The notes: generated from the letters alone by a model not told the origin. DNA of 32,000 nt from Nitrospirota bacterium (GCA_021813405.1 JAKAKS010000039.1:11451-43450), one strand, 5' to 3'. Shown: positions 16,887-24,989, counted from the stretch's first letter. Numbers and translations: made by a program.

Positions 16887-19574
16887 GTGATGAGCATAAA
16901 CGTAATCATCAACGGTGTCCGGACGGAAGCCGAAAGCGGCAAGACCATACTTGAGGTATGCAAAAGCGCTGGCGTCCACGTACCCACTCTTTGCCATGAC
17001 GAAAGGCTGGAGGCCTACGGCGGATGCAGGCTGTGCCTTGTAGAGATAAAAGGCGTTCCCAGGCCGCTTGCCGCATGCACCACGCCCGCGCAGGACGGCA
17101 TGGAGATAACAACGGAAAGCGAAACCCTCACCAGGCTTAGAAGGACCAACCTTTCCCTTCTTCTTTCCAATCACCCCAATGACTGCATGAACTGCGAAAA
17201 AGAGGGGGACTGCGGCCTTCAGGACCTGGCTTATGAATACGATGTAAGGCCCGGCGGGTTTGAGGGCGAAAAATGGGACCTGCCCATACGGGAAGACAAC
17301 CCCTTCATAACATTTGAGCCAAATAAATGCATACTGTGCGGCAGATGCACAAGGATATGCAATGAAGTTGTAATGGCCGGCACCATATCGCTTACCGGAA
17401 GGGGCTTTAACGCCATGCCGGACACTGCGTTCAGAAAGCCGCGCACACTTGAAAACTGCGAGTTCTGCGGACAGTGCGTATCCACCTGCCCCACCGGAGC
17501 TCTTACGGACAGGAAAGGCAGGGGCAAAGGACGCGCCCCGAAGATGAAGAAGGTGAAGACCACCTGCTCATACTGCGGCACAGGCTGCAATTTCTTTCTG
17601 AACGTAAAAGACGGCAAAGTGGTAAAAGTTACCTCCGCTTACGATGCGCCAGTGAACCAGGGCAACCTGTGCATAAAGGGCCGCTACGGGTACGACTTCA
17701 TTCACAGCCCGGAAAGGATAACCAAGCCGCTCATAAAGAAGGACGGGCAATTCCATGAGGCCACCTGGGACGAGGCCCTTGGGCTTGTTGCCAGCAAATT
17801 CAATGAGCTTATCGCCAAGCACGGGCCGGAAAAGGTGGGCGGATTTTCGTCCTCCCGCTGCACAAACGAGGAAAACTATCTTCTTTCAAAATGGGTGAGA
17901 TGCGCAATTGGCTCCAATAACGTGGACAATTGCGCGCGAGTCTGACACGCCCCAACTGTGGCCGGTCTGGCCACAAGCCTGGGGGCGGGGGCCGCTACCA
18001 ACTCACTAAGCCAGATGCCGGACGTGGATACGCTGTTCCTGTTCGGTTCCAACCCAACAGAGGGCCATCCCATTGTTTCGCTGTGGCTTAAAAAGGCGCT
18101 CCGCAAAGGCGCAAAGCTCATAGTAGGCGACCCCAGGAAAACCTGGATGGCCGAACGCTCGGATGTGTGGCTGAATCTCAAACCAGGCAGCAATATCGCC
18201 ATGCTAAATGGCCTCATAAACGTGATACTGCAAAACGGGTGGGAGAACAAGGAATTCATCGCAAAGAGGACTGAGAGCTTTGAAGATATAAAGGCCAAAG
18301 CAGCCGAATACGATCTTGCCCGCACGGAGCAGGTGACAGGCGTTTCACAGGACCGCATCATCGAGGCGGCCCGCCTGTACTCACATGCGGACAAGGCGAT
18401 GATAGTTTACGGACTTGGCGTTACCGAGCACCAGACAGGCACGGAAAACGCCATGGCCATCGCAAACCTTGCGCTTGTTTGCGGCCACATCGGAAGGCCG
18501 TCCACTGGCATCATGGCGCTCCGCGGGCAAAACAACGTGCAGGGCGCGTCGGACCTCGGGCCTCTGCCCGCCACACTCCCCGGCTACCAGCCTGTTTCCA
18601 ATCCGGAAGTTCGCGAAAAATTTGAAAAGGCATGGAATGTAAAGATAAGCCCGAAGGCCGGCCTTAAATCCGTTGAGATGCTGGATGAGTGCAAGAGGGG
18701 CAACTTCAAGGCAATTTACATACTTGGGGAGGACCCGGCGCAGACCGACCCGGACCTCAACCATGTGCGGGCCGCACTGGAATCGGTAGAGTTCCTTGTA
18801 GTGCAGGACATATTCCACACGGAAACCACCCAGTTTGCGGATGTAGTATTGCCGGGGGCCAGCTTCGCCGAAAAAGACGGCACATTCACCAACGGCGAGC
18901 GCAGGGTGCAGCGCGTAAGAAAGGCAGTAGAGCCTCTGGCAGGCATGGCCGAATGGGAAGTGCTGGCCAAACTTTCAACCTTGATGGGCTACCCGATGCA
19001 TTACGACAGCCCTTCGGAGATAATGGACGAGATCGCAAGCCTTGTCCCCATTTACGGCGGCATCAGCTACGGGCGGATAGAAGAAAAGGGGATCCAGTGG
19101 CCCTGCCCCACCAAGGACCATCCCGGCACAACCACGCTATATACGGACCTGTTCTCAAGACCCGGAGGGCTTGCAAAATTCGTTGCGCTGGAGCATAAAG
19201 GCCCAGGCGAAAAGACCGACGGCGAATATCCTTACGTGCTCATTACCGGCAGGATAAGGGAGCATTACAATAACGGATCGATGACAAGAAGGTCCTCCGG
19301 CATAGCAGAGGTGGTGCCCGAGGAGCTTGCGGAGATCAGCCATGCGGACGCGGCAAAGCTGGGCATTGCAAGCGGAGATATGATAAAGGTCTCCTCCAGA
19401 AGGGGCGAGGTCACGGTAAAAGCGAAGGTGACCGCCCGCTCGCAGGCCGGCAACGTGTTCATGACATTCCACCATAGAAACGTACTGTCCAACATACTCA
19501 CCTCCGGCCACAGGGACCCTATCACCGGCACGCCTGAATACAAGGCCTGCGCAGTCAAAATCCAGAAGATTTAA
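16887..19574 (+). CDS. fdhA: Formate dehydrogenase alpha subunit, selenocysteine-containing (NuoG-like Fe-S N-terminus + molybdo/tungstopterin domain)
   Basis: Track ORFs 16887-17945 and 17958-19574 are in the same frame. The junction reads NVDNCARV-TGA-HAPTVAGLATSLGAGAATNS, matching the FdhF active-site context CARVUHGPSVAGL. The N-terminus has 2Fe-2S and 4Fe-4S Cys clusters (CHDERLEAYGGCRLC; CILCGRCTRIC; CEFCGQCVSTCP). The likely start is ATG 16890, just after GTG 16887. Confidence 0.9.
17946..17984 (+). promoter_or_regulatory. Bacterial SECIS element (selenocysteine insertion hairpin)
   Basis: Lies immediately 3' of TGA 17943-17945. Upper stem GTGGCC (17958-17963) with GGCCAC (17969-17974), apical loop GGTCT. 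Lower stem CCCCA (17950-17954) with TGGGG (17980-17984). The loop starts 21 nt after the U of UGA, like my recollection of the E. coli fdhF SECIS. Confidence 0.8.
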
Positions 19575-19623
19575 TACTCCAGCTCTGGGCCGCGCGTGAA
19601 GGGCCAAAGAAGCATATAATATC

Positions 19624-20211
19624 GTGATGGAAGATTTCGATACTCTCCTGGACGAAGCATCGCGCGTTCACGGCCACCTGTGCCCCGGCCAGGTGCTTGG
19701 CGTGCGCATGTCCGTGCTGGGGCTGCGAAAGATTGGCATACCGGACCCCAAAGGCAAAGACCGCAAAAACATAATAGTGTTTGTGGAAATGGACAGGTGC
19801 GCAACCGACGCCGTCTCGTCCGTAACCGGCTGCACACTTGGCCACCGCACTTTGAAATTCATGGATTTTGGGAAGATGGCAGCCACTTTCTTGAATTTAA
19901 AAACCGGCAAGGCCGTAAGGGTTATCGCTAAAGAGGAATCGCGCCTGAAGGCAAAGGAATTTTTCCCCGAAACAGAAAACAAATATGCCGCGCAGCTTGA
20001 GGCGTACAAGATAATGGATGAAAAGGACCTTTTTGACGTGATGGAGGTCTCGGTTAAGCTAAAGCCCGAAGACATGCCGGGCAGGCCGCTTGGCAGGGTG
20101 AAATGCGATAAATGCGGCGAACACGTTCAGGACTTGCGGGAGGCGAGCAAAGGCGGTAAAGTACTTTGCAGGCCGTGCGCGGGCCAGGGATATTATGAAA
20201 AACTTGGATAA
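19624..20211 (+). CDS. FmdE family protein with C-terminal zinc ribbon
   Basis: 195-aa ORF. FmdE-type motif HGHLCPGQVLGVRM...DRCATDAV. C-terminal CDKCGE...CRPC. ATG 19627 is the likely start. Confidence 0.8.
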   Translation: MMEDFDTLLDEASRVHGHLCPGQVLGVRMSVLGLRKIGIPDPKGKDRKNIIVFVEMDRCATDAVSSVTGCTLGHRTLKFMDFGKMAATFLNLKTGKAVRVIAKEESRLKAKEFFPETENKYAAQLEAYKIMDEKDLFDVMEVSVKLKPEDMPGRPLGRVKCDKCGEHVQDLREASKGGKVLCRPCAGQGYYEKLG

Positions 20212-20232
20212 GGGCAAAGAATTTTTTTACCT

Positions 20233-20295
20233 GTCATTCCGGCTTCTACCCCAAAAAAGCTACAGCTTTTGGGGGACCACGGCTTGTCCGGAATC
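20233..20295. repeat. REP-like palindromic element interrupted by a 35-nt nested hairpin insert
   Basis: GTCATTCCGGCTT[35 nt]GGCTTGTCCGGAATC. With the insert and one GGCTT copy removed, it matches the 23-nt hairpin at 26795-26817 at 22 of 23 positions. Confidence 0.7.
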
Positions 20296-20312
20296 TTTCT
20301 TTGGTGTAAGCC

Positions 20313-21383
20313 ATGTGCAAAGATGACAGCCACAATATAAAAGACACAGACAATACATCCGGCAAAACGGTCCATGTCACCGAGTCCGTCGGCATGGTGC
20401 TTGCCCACGACATCACCGAGATAAGGCCAGGGCAGTTCAAGGGCCGGGCTTTCAAAAAAGGGCATGTTGTCCGCCAGGAAGATATTGAGCACCTGAGGAG
20501 AATCGGCAAGGAAAATCTTTTTGTGCTGAATATCGCCGGAGACGAGATGCACGAAAACGATGCCGCCACAGCCCTTGCGGCCGCCCTCATGGGTGGCGGA
20601 GTGGAGGCGCAGGGTGAGCCCCGCGAGGGGAAAATAAATATAGTTGCGGCAAGGGACGGCCTTTTAAAGATAAACAAGGACGCGATATTTGCCTTTAATA
20701 TGCTTGGCGAGGTCATGTGCGCATCCCTGCATAACAATACAGTTGTTAAAAAAGGGCAGACCGTCGCGGGCACAAGGGCGATACCTCTTGTGATAAAAAA
20801 AGATATTGTGCGGGCCGCCGTGGATGCCGCTTCAAAAGGCGGCAAGCCGGTACAGGTAAAGGAAATCCGGAAACCCAGGGCAGGCCTGGTTGTCACCGGC
20901 AATGAGGTTTATTACGGCAGGATAAAAGACGCCTTCGCTCCTGTGATAACAAACAAGATAGGGGCGTTAGGCGGCGGGATGGTGGGAATACATTATGCGC
21001 CAGATGACGTATCATCCATCGCGGCCAGGGTAAAGGAGTTGATAAACGCCGGGGCGGACCTGCTTATTTTAACGGGCGGGATGTCCGTAGACCCGGACGA
21101 CGTAACCAGGCACGCCGTAAGAAAACTGGGCGCAGCCGGTATGCTTTACGGCTCGCCCGTGCTTCCTGGCGCCATGTTCCTTGTTGCATATCTAAATGGA
21201 ATACCGGTGCTGGGCGTTCCGGCCTGCGGCATGTACAGCAAAACAACGGTGCTGGATTTAATTCTTCCAAGAGTTCTTGCCGGTGAGAGAATCGAAAGAA
21301 AGGACCTGGCGGAGCTAGGCCACGGCGGCCTCTGCCAGCATTGCAAGGAGTGCAGGTATCCGGTGTGCCCGTTCGGAAAGTAA
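20313..21383 (+). CDS. Molybdopterin-binding (MoeA N-terminal-like + MoCF-biosynthesis/MogA-like) protein with C-terminal Cys cluster
   Basis: 356-aa ORF. ESVGMVLAHDITEIRPGQFKGRAFKKGHVV resembles the MoeA N-terminal region. GADLLILTGGMSVDPDDVT is the MoCF-biosynthesis fold signature. C-terminal CQHCKECRYPVCP. Confidence 0.7.
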   Translation: MCKDDSHNIKDTDNTSGKTVHVTESVGMVLAHDITEIRPGQFKGRAFKKGHVVRQEDIEHLRRIGKENLFVLNIAGDEMHENDAATALAAALMGGGVEAQGEPREGKINIVAARDGLLKINKDAIFAFNMLGEVMCASLHNNTVVKKGQTVAGTRAIPLVIKKDIVRAAVDAASKGGKPVQVKEIRKPRAGLVVTGNEVYYGRIKDAFAPVITNKIGALGGGMVGIHYAPDDVSSIAARVKELINAGADLLILTGGMSVDPDDVTRHAVRKLGAAGMLYGSPVLPGAMFLVAYLNGIPVLGVPACGMYSKTTVLDLILPRVLAGERIERKDLAELGHGGLCQHCKECRYPVCPFGK

Positions 21384-21729
21384 AAAGTTGAGAGTTGGTC
21401 TTTGCGAAGGACTCCGCAATCGCCCTGTGGCAATCATGCCGCTGCCTCTCTTTATCCGATTCTGAAAAAAGCGCAGACTGCGTCCAGTAAGTGACACTTC
21501 GGTTTCTCTCTAAAAAGCGCGGACTTCGCCCTCAAGCTTGCGTAATCGAGCGACCTTTAAACATAGCGGTTACCAGTTGGGAAAAACACAGAGTTAAATA
21601 AAGCGTCCCCGGAATTCGTGTACGTTCAGCGGTTTGCCTTTGTTCACAGGTAAAAGCCACTGGATATCGGCCTTTGCCGGTATGGCAGCTATGCGGCAAT
21701 AAGGTCTAATTCGTTTTAAAATGAATTAA

Positions 21730-22638
21730 CTAGTGCCATGCATTTCTGTTTCTACTTTTCCCTGTTGTATTACTTTTCCCTGTTGTATTAATTATCACCG
21801 TAGGATTTGATTTGCTGCTATTCTCCCGGCCCTGCCATATATATATCTTGTCCTTGGCGGCCCGGGCATTGGGGGCGTCGGGGACCAAGGTGAGATAACG
21901 CTGCATGGAAATGACGGCGTCCTTGTAAGCGCCGATCTCCCCAAGGATAAGGGCTCGGTTGAAATAGCCCTCCGGCCACCACGGCGCTATCTGCAAAGCC
22001 TGGCCGTAAAGATTCGCGGCATCGGCAAACTGCTTTTGATTGACGGCGTCATCGGCCTGGATTTTTAGCGCCCGGACATCCTCGCTTGGCGCCGGTTTGA
22101 CAGCCATGCCCCGGTAATTGCTTACGACAGTATCGAATCGGGCCGGGTCTATGCCCAGCGGCTTGACTTGCATCCTCGCCCTAGCCATCTGCCCCTGAGC
22201 CAATAATGTCGGGTCATCAAGTACGGCAACGACATCCATCTGATCATACCTGATTGCGTAGCTTCGAGGGGTCGAGCCGTCGTTGCAGCTAATGCTTGGG
22301 TCGGCACCGCGAGCGAGCAGCAATCTAACAATTTCTACATGGCCGTCACTTGCGGCTATAGCCAGCGCCGTGCAGCCATCGCTGGATTTTGCATTCACGT
22401 TGGCGCCGTAATCAAGCAGCAGTTTAGTAATTTGCACATAATTGCCGCCAGCAGACCATCGGAGCAGCGTATGGCCTTTGTTATCCATGGCATTTACATC
22501 GGCACCCTGGTCAATTAATTTTTGCACTTGAGCGAGATCGCCATGATTGGTCGCGCTGAATAAAGGCGGTGCCGTCGCGCAGGACGGCAGGATAGTAACG
22601 GCGGCGAGTACTAATAGTGCGAACAGTTTTGCTTTCAT
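21730..22638 (-). CDS. Ankyrin-repeat + TPR-like lipoprotein
   Basis: ATG 22638 is preceded by GGGGAG; the track GTG at 22653 lies within the Shine-Dalgarno region. Signal peptide plus lipobox (LAAVTILPSC). 3-4 ANK repeats (GADVNAMDNKGHTLL...GANVNAKSSDGCTALAIAASDGHVEIVRLLLARGADPS). TPR-like helices (FADAANLYGQALQIAPWWPEGYFNRALILGEIGAYKDAVISMQRYLTLVPD). Confidence 0.8.
   Translation of the reverse strand: MKAKLFALLVLAAVTILPSCATAPPLFSATNHGDLAQVQKLIDQGADVNAMDNKGHTLLRWSAGGNYVQITKLLLDYGANVNAKSSDGCTALAIAASDGHVEIVRLLLARGADPSISCNDGSTPRSYAIRYDQMDVVAVLDDPTLLAQGQMARARMQVKPLGIDPARFDTVVSNYRGMAVKPAPSEDVRALKIQADDAVNQKQFADAANLYGQALQIAPWWPEGYFNRALILGEIGAYKDAVISMQRYLTLVPDAPNARAAKDKIYIWQGRENSSKSNPTVIINTTGKSNTTGKSRNRNAWH
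21754..21789. repeat. Perfect 18-bp tandem duplication inside the 3' end of the ankyrin/TPR gene
   Basis: ACTTTTCCCTGTTGTATT at 21754-21771 is repeated exactly at 21772-21789. It encodes NTTGKS-NTTGKS in the C-terminal tail. Confidence 0.95.
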
Positions 22639-22685
22639 TTTATCTCCCCTCACGATCGGCTTATCTTAATTTAATTGTGTTCTTT

Positions 22686-23483
22686 TCACTGCGCCACCAA
22701 ACGCAGCAGCATATCCCGGCCGGGATCGAAGATCAGAAGGCCGCCGCCCTGCCAGCGAAGTATACCCCCGATATCTCCAGCCAGCGGCATGACTTGGTTT
22801 CCTTGAATCCCGAATATGCGTTTGCCATCGGATACGAAAACCAGACTACCTGCCGGTTCGGCCGCTACTGAGACGAAAGCGCCACCCGGCTCGCCAGCTA
22901 CCAGTAGCAGTTTGCCCTTCAGAACCTCATAAAGTGCGCCACCGGCCACAAGCAGCACCCGGTTGCCCGCCATGGCGGCGCCGGTTATGGGCTTGGGCGA
23001 TTTAAGAAGTTTCGATACTCGCCGACCGGGATGGATTATATAAAGGCCCCAGCTATCTTTTCCTTCCGGCCCATAGAGCAGTAAAGTGTCCCCCTGACCG
23101 GGGACTATGCTCATCTCTTCTCCCGGCAGGCCGAAAAAAGTCTTCAGCGTTCCGTCCGCATCCAGATAGACAAGATCGCGTCCCCGAACGCCGATAAGTA
23201 ATCCCTGCGACGTAAAAGCGAAAGAGGAGAGGCCCCGGACGCCAGTGGCGCGAGCGCCTGACGCGCCCACCAGCCAAAGCCGGTCCGCATCGCCCACCAC
23301 GGCAATTCCATCCGGTGTGACTGCAACGCAGTTTACAAGCGCCCCCAGCTTAGCCGTCCTGGCAACGTCCGGATTAAGGAGCTTTTCCAATTTCACACTG
23401 GGCGTTTGGGCCTGAGCGGCCAAAGCCATTCCGGGGAGCAGCGCTGATAACACCAATACTGCTATTTGAAATGCGCGCTTCAT
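22686..23483 (-). CDS. Exported hypothetical protein, repetitive beta-strand (small beta-propeller-like) architecture
   Basis: 265-aa ORF. Signal peptide MKRAFQIAVLVLSALLPGMALAAQA. About six roughly 40-aa units of short hydrophobic strands and Gly/Asp turns (VAVTPDGIAVVGDADRLWLV, LVYLDADGTLKTF, LLLYGPEGKDSWGLYII, LVFVSDGKRIFGI). The ATG overlaps the upstream stop (ATGA 23480-23483). Confidence 0.65.
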   Translation of the reverse strand: MKRAFQIAVLVLSALLPGMALAAQAQTPSVKLEKLLNPDVARTAKLGALVNCVAVTPDGIAVVGDADRLWLVGASGARATGVRGLSSFAFTSQGLLIGVRGRDLVYLDADGTLKTFFGLPGEEMSIVPGQGDTLLLYGPEGKDSWGLYIIHPGRRVSKLLKSPKPITGAAMAGNRVLLVAGGALYEVLKGKLLLVAGEPGGAFVSVAAEPAGSLVFVSDGKRIFGIQGNQVMPLAGDIGGILRWQGGGLLIFDPGRDMLLRLVAQ

Positions 23484-24607
23484 TCTCCGGCCTCCGGAGT
23501 TGAAGTCCAGCCTTTGACGATCTTGGTAAGGTCTTCAGACAGCTTGGGGGCGGTCCCCGCAGCCTGCTTCAGGGTGTCTTCATTGTCGGGTATAAAGGAG
23601 GTGACAAGCCCTTTAACCGCTCCGTTGGCACTATCCTCGGCCGCGTCCTCGGCTGTGGCCCAGGCGCCCTTGGAAACCCCCTTGTTTACGGAAGTGCCGA
23701 AATCATATAGCCGGTTGACAGACTGGACGGTGAGCCCGTTTGCCGCGTCAGAATCGCCGTTTGCCGCATCGAGTATCTTGGGGAAAATGGTGCCGGGCAA
23801 TTTTGTAGTGTTGATCATAAGCGCCATGAACATGCCTTGGGGGCCGGTTTCGACTTCGGCCCACCCCTCCGCATCGATTGCGGCTTTCGAAGCCCCGCTG
23901 GATAGATAGCCGCGGGCCTTATCCAGCAGGAATTGATAGGCATTATCCATGTAATCCGAAGCGGTCACGTCAGGGATGACCGGTTTCAACCCGTCAAGAC
24001 TTAGCCCGACCGGAAAGCCGGACAGATATGCCTCTCCCTGGGCAGAAAGCAGTTGCGGCGTTGCATTCAGGTTAATCCCAGCTGGGTCGCCAAGGTTATC
24101 GTCGTTCATCATTTGCAGTTCTGGCTCTTTCTCTACACCCTGCATTTCACCAAGCAGCTTATTTTTAATGTCCTCTGCCTTTTGCCGGGCAACTTCTTCG
24201 GCTGCCTTTTGCCGGGCTAGCTCTGCCTGTAGCCTGGCCGCTTCGGCTGCCTTTGCGGCAGCTTCTGCCTGAGGATCGCCAAACAGCGCTTTATGGAGCT
24301 GCTGCCCGAGTAATGTACCAAGCATGAGGCCCCCCTGCAACATCAATTGCCCTTGAGGGGTTAGTCCGCCACCACTTACACTCCCGCTACTCCCGCTGCC
24401 GGGACTGTTACATGTACAGCCGTCCGGGCCCACCTCGCCGCCCTGTTGCCGGCACGAAGCGGCAAAAACATCTTGAGGGGTCGATGTGCCGCCCCAATTG
24501 CATTCCGCACCTTCAGCTATTGGCACAATAAGAAAAATAAGAAGCAGGACACTTATAAAACTGATAATTGACAGGCTATGCGAGCGCTGTGGCATGGATG
24601 AGAACAT
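23480..24607 (-). CDS. Exported/anchored hypothetical protein: Cys-rich N-terminus, Ala/Lys/Glu coiled coil, unassigned C-terminal domain
   Basis: 375-aa ORF. GGGGGGAG Shine-Dalgarno. Hydrophobic N-terminal segment SIISFISVLLLIFLIVPIAEG. Four Cys (AECNWGG...CRQQGGEVGPDGCTC). G/S linker. Helix AEAAAKAAEAARLQAELARQKAAEEVARQKAEDIKNKLL. No family motif recognised. Confidence 0.65.
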   Translation of the reverse strand: MFSSMPQRSHSLSIISFISVLLLIFLIVPIAEGAECNWGGTSTPQDVFAASCRQQGGEVGPDGCTCNSPGSGSSGSVSGGGLTPQGQLMLQGGLMLGTLLGQQLHKALFGDPQAEAAAKAAEAARLQAELARQKAAEEVARQKAEDIKNKLLGEMQGVEKEPELQMMNDDNLGDPAGINLNATPQLLSAQGEAYLSGFPVGLSLDGLKPVIPDVTASDYMDNAYQFLLDKARGYLSSGASKAAIDAEGWAEVETGPQGMFMALMINTTKLPGTIFPKILDAANGDSDAANGLTVQSVNRLYDFGTSVNKGVSKGAWATAEDAAEDSANGAVKGLVTSFIPDNEDTLKQAAGTAPKLSEDLTKIVKGWTSTPEAGE

Positions 24608-24669
24608 GGCAACTCCCCCCTAAAACCAATTTCCACCGGTGCCGGTCTTCTAAATCGAATACTTAATAA

Positions 24670-24699
24670 TTTCAAATTGAAACTTGCACAATTATAACA
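24670..24699 (-). promoter_or_regulatory. Extended -10 promoter candidate plus 13-nt palindrome, for the three-gene operon
   Basis: On the minus strand, TGTTATAAT (plus-strand coordinates 24691-24699) is followed directly by the palindrome TTTCAA-A-TTGAAA (24670-24682). These lie about 65-90 nt upstream of the ATG at 24607. Confidence 0.45.
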
Positions 24700-24915
24700 T
24701 CTTTAAAAAATGTGGACTTCGCGACGTATTTTACATCCGTAGCGATCCGGCCAAAAGTGTTATTAAGAAGGGGAACACCGCATCCCGCCAAGGATATATT
24801 GAGGTGAGGGGTACCAGGTGTACTCTTCATCTGCTTTCACGTGCCTGAGAACGTAACCATCATTTGTAATCATCTTCTTTTCAGAATTTTATGGAGGTCT
24901 ATTCAACACCCAAAC

Positions 24916-24960
24916 CATGACACCGCTGCCATTGACAATGTCATGCGCGGCTGTTTTATT
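24916..24960 (+). promoter_or_regulatory. TGACA half-site cluster with candidate promoter facing xerC
   Basis: CATGACA (24916-24922) and TGTCATG (24939-24945) form an inverted repeat. Palindrome TGACA-A-TGTCA at 24933-24943. TTGACA (24932-24937), 17-nt spacer, TTTATT (24955-24960). Confidence 0.35.
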
Positions 24961-24989
24961 GTATTGAAGGCCGGGGCAAGCGGGCCCGG

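Noticed and set aside
17943-17945. TGA read as a genuine stop, making fdhA a split gene or pseudogene
   Set aside because: The conserved FdhF active-site context (CARV-U-H), same-frame continuation and a correctly spaced SECIS-like hairpin all favour selenocysteine recoding.
21465-21531. AAAAAGCGC(R)GACT(K)CG motif (plus a third copy at 24705-24725) as island-boundary or att repeats flanking the three-gene operon
   Set aside because: The shared core across the operon is only 9 nt (GGACTTCGC). Many matches of that length are expected by chance in 32 kb. It is kept as a low-interest note under the 21384-21729 finding, not as a feature.
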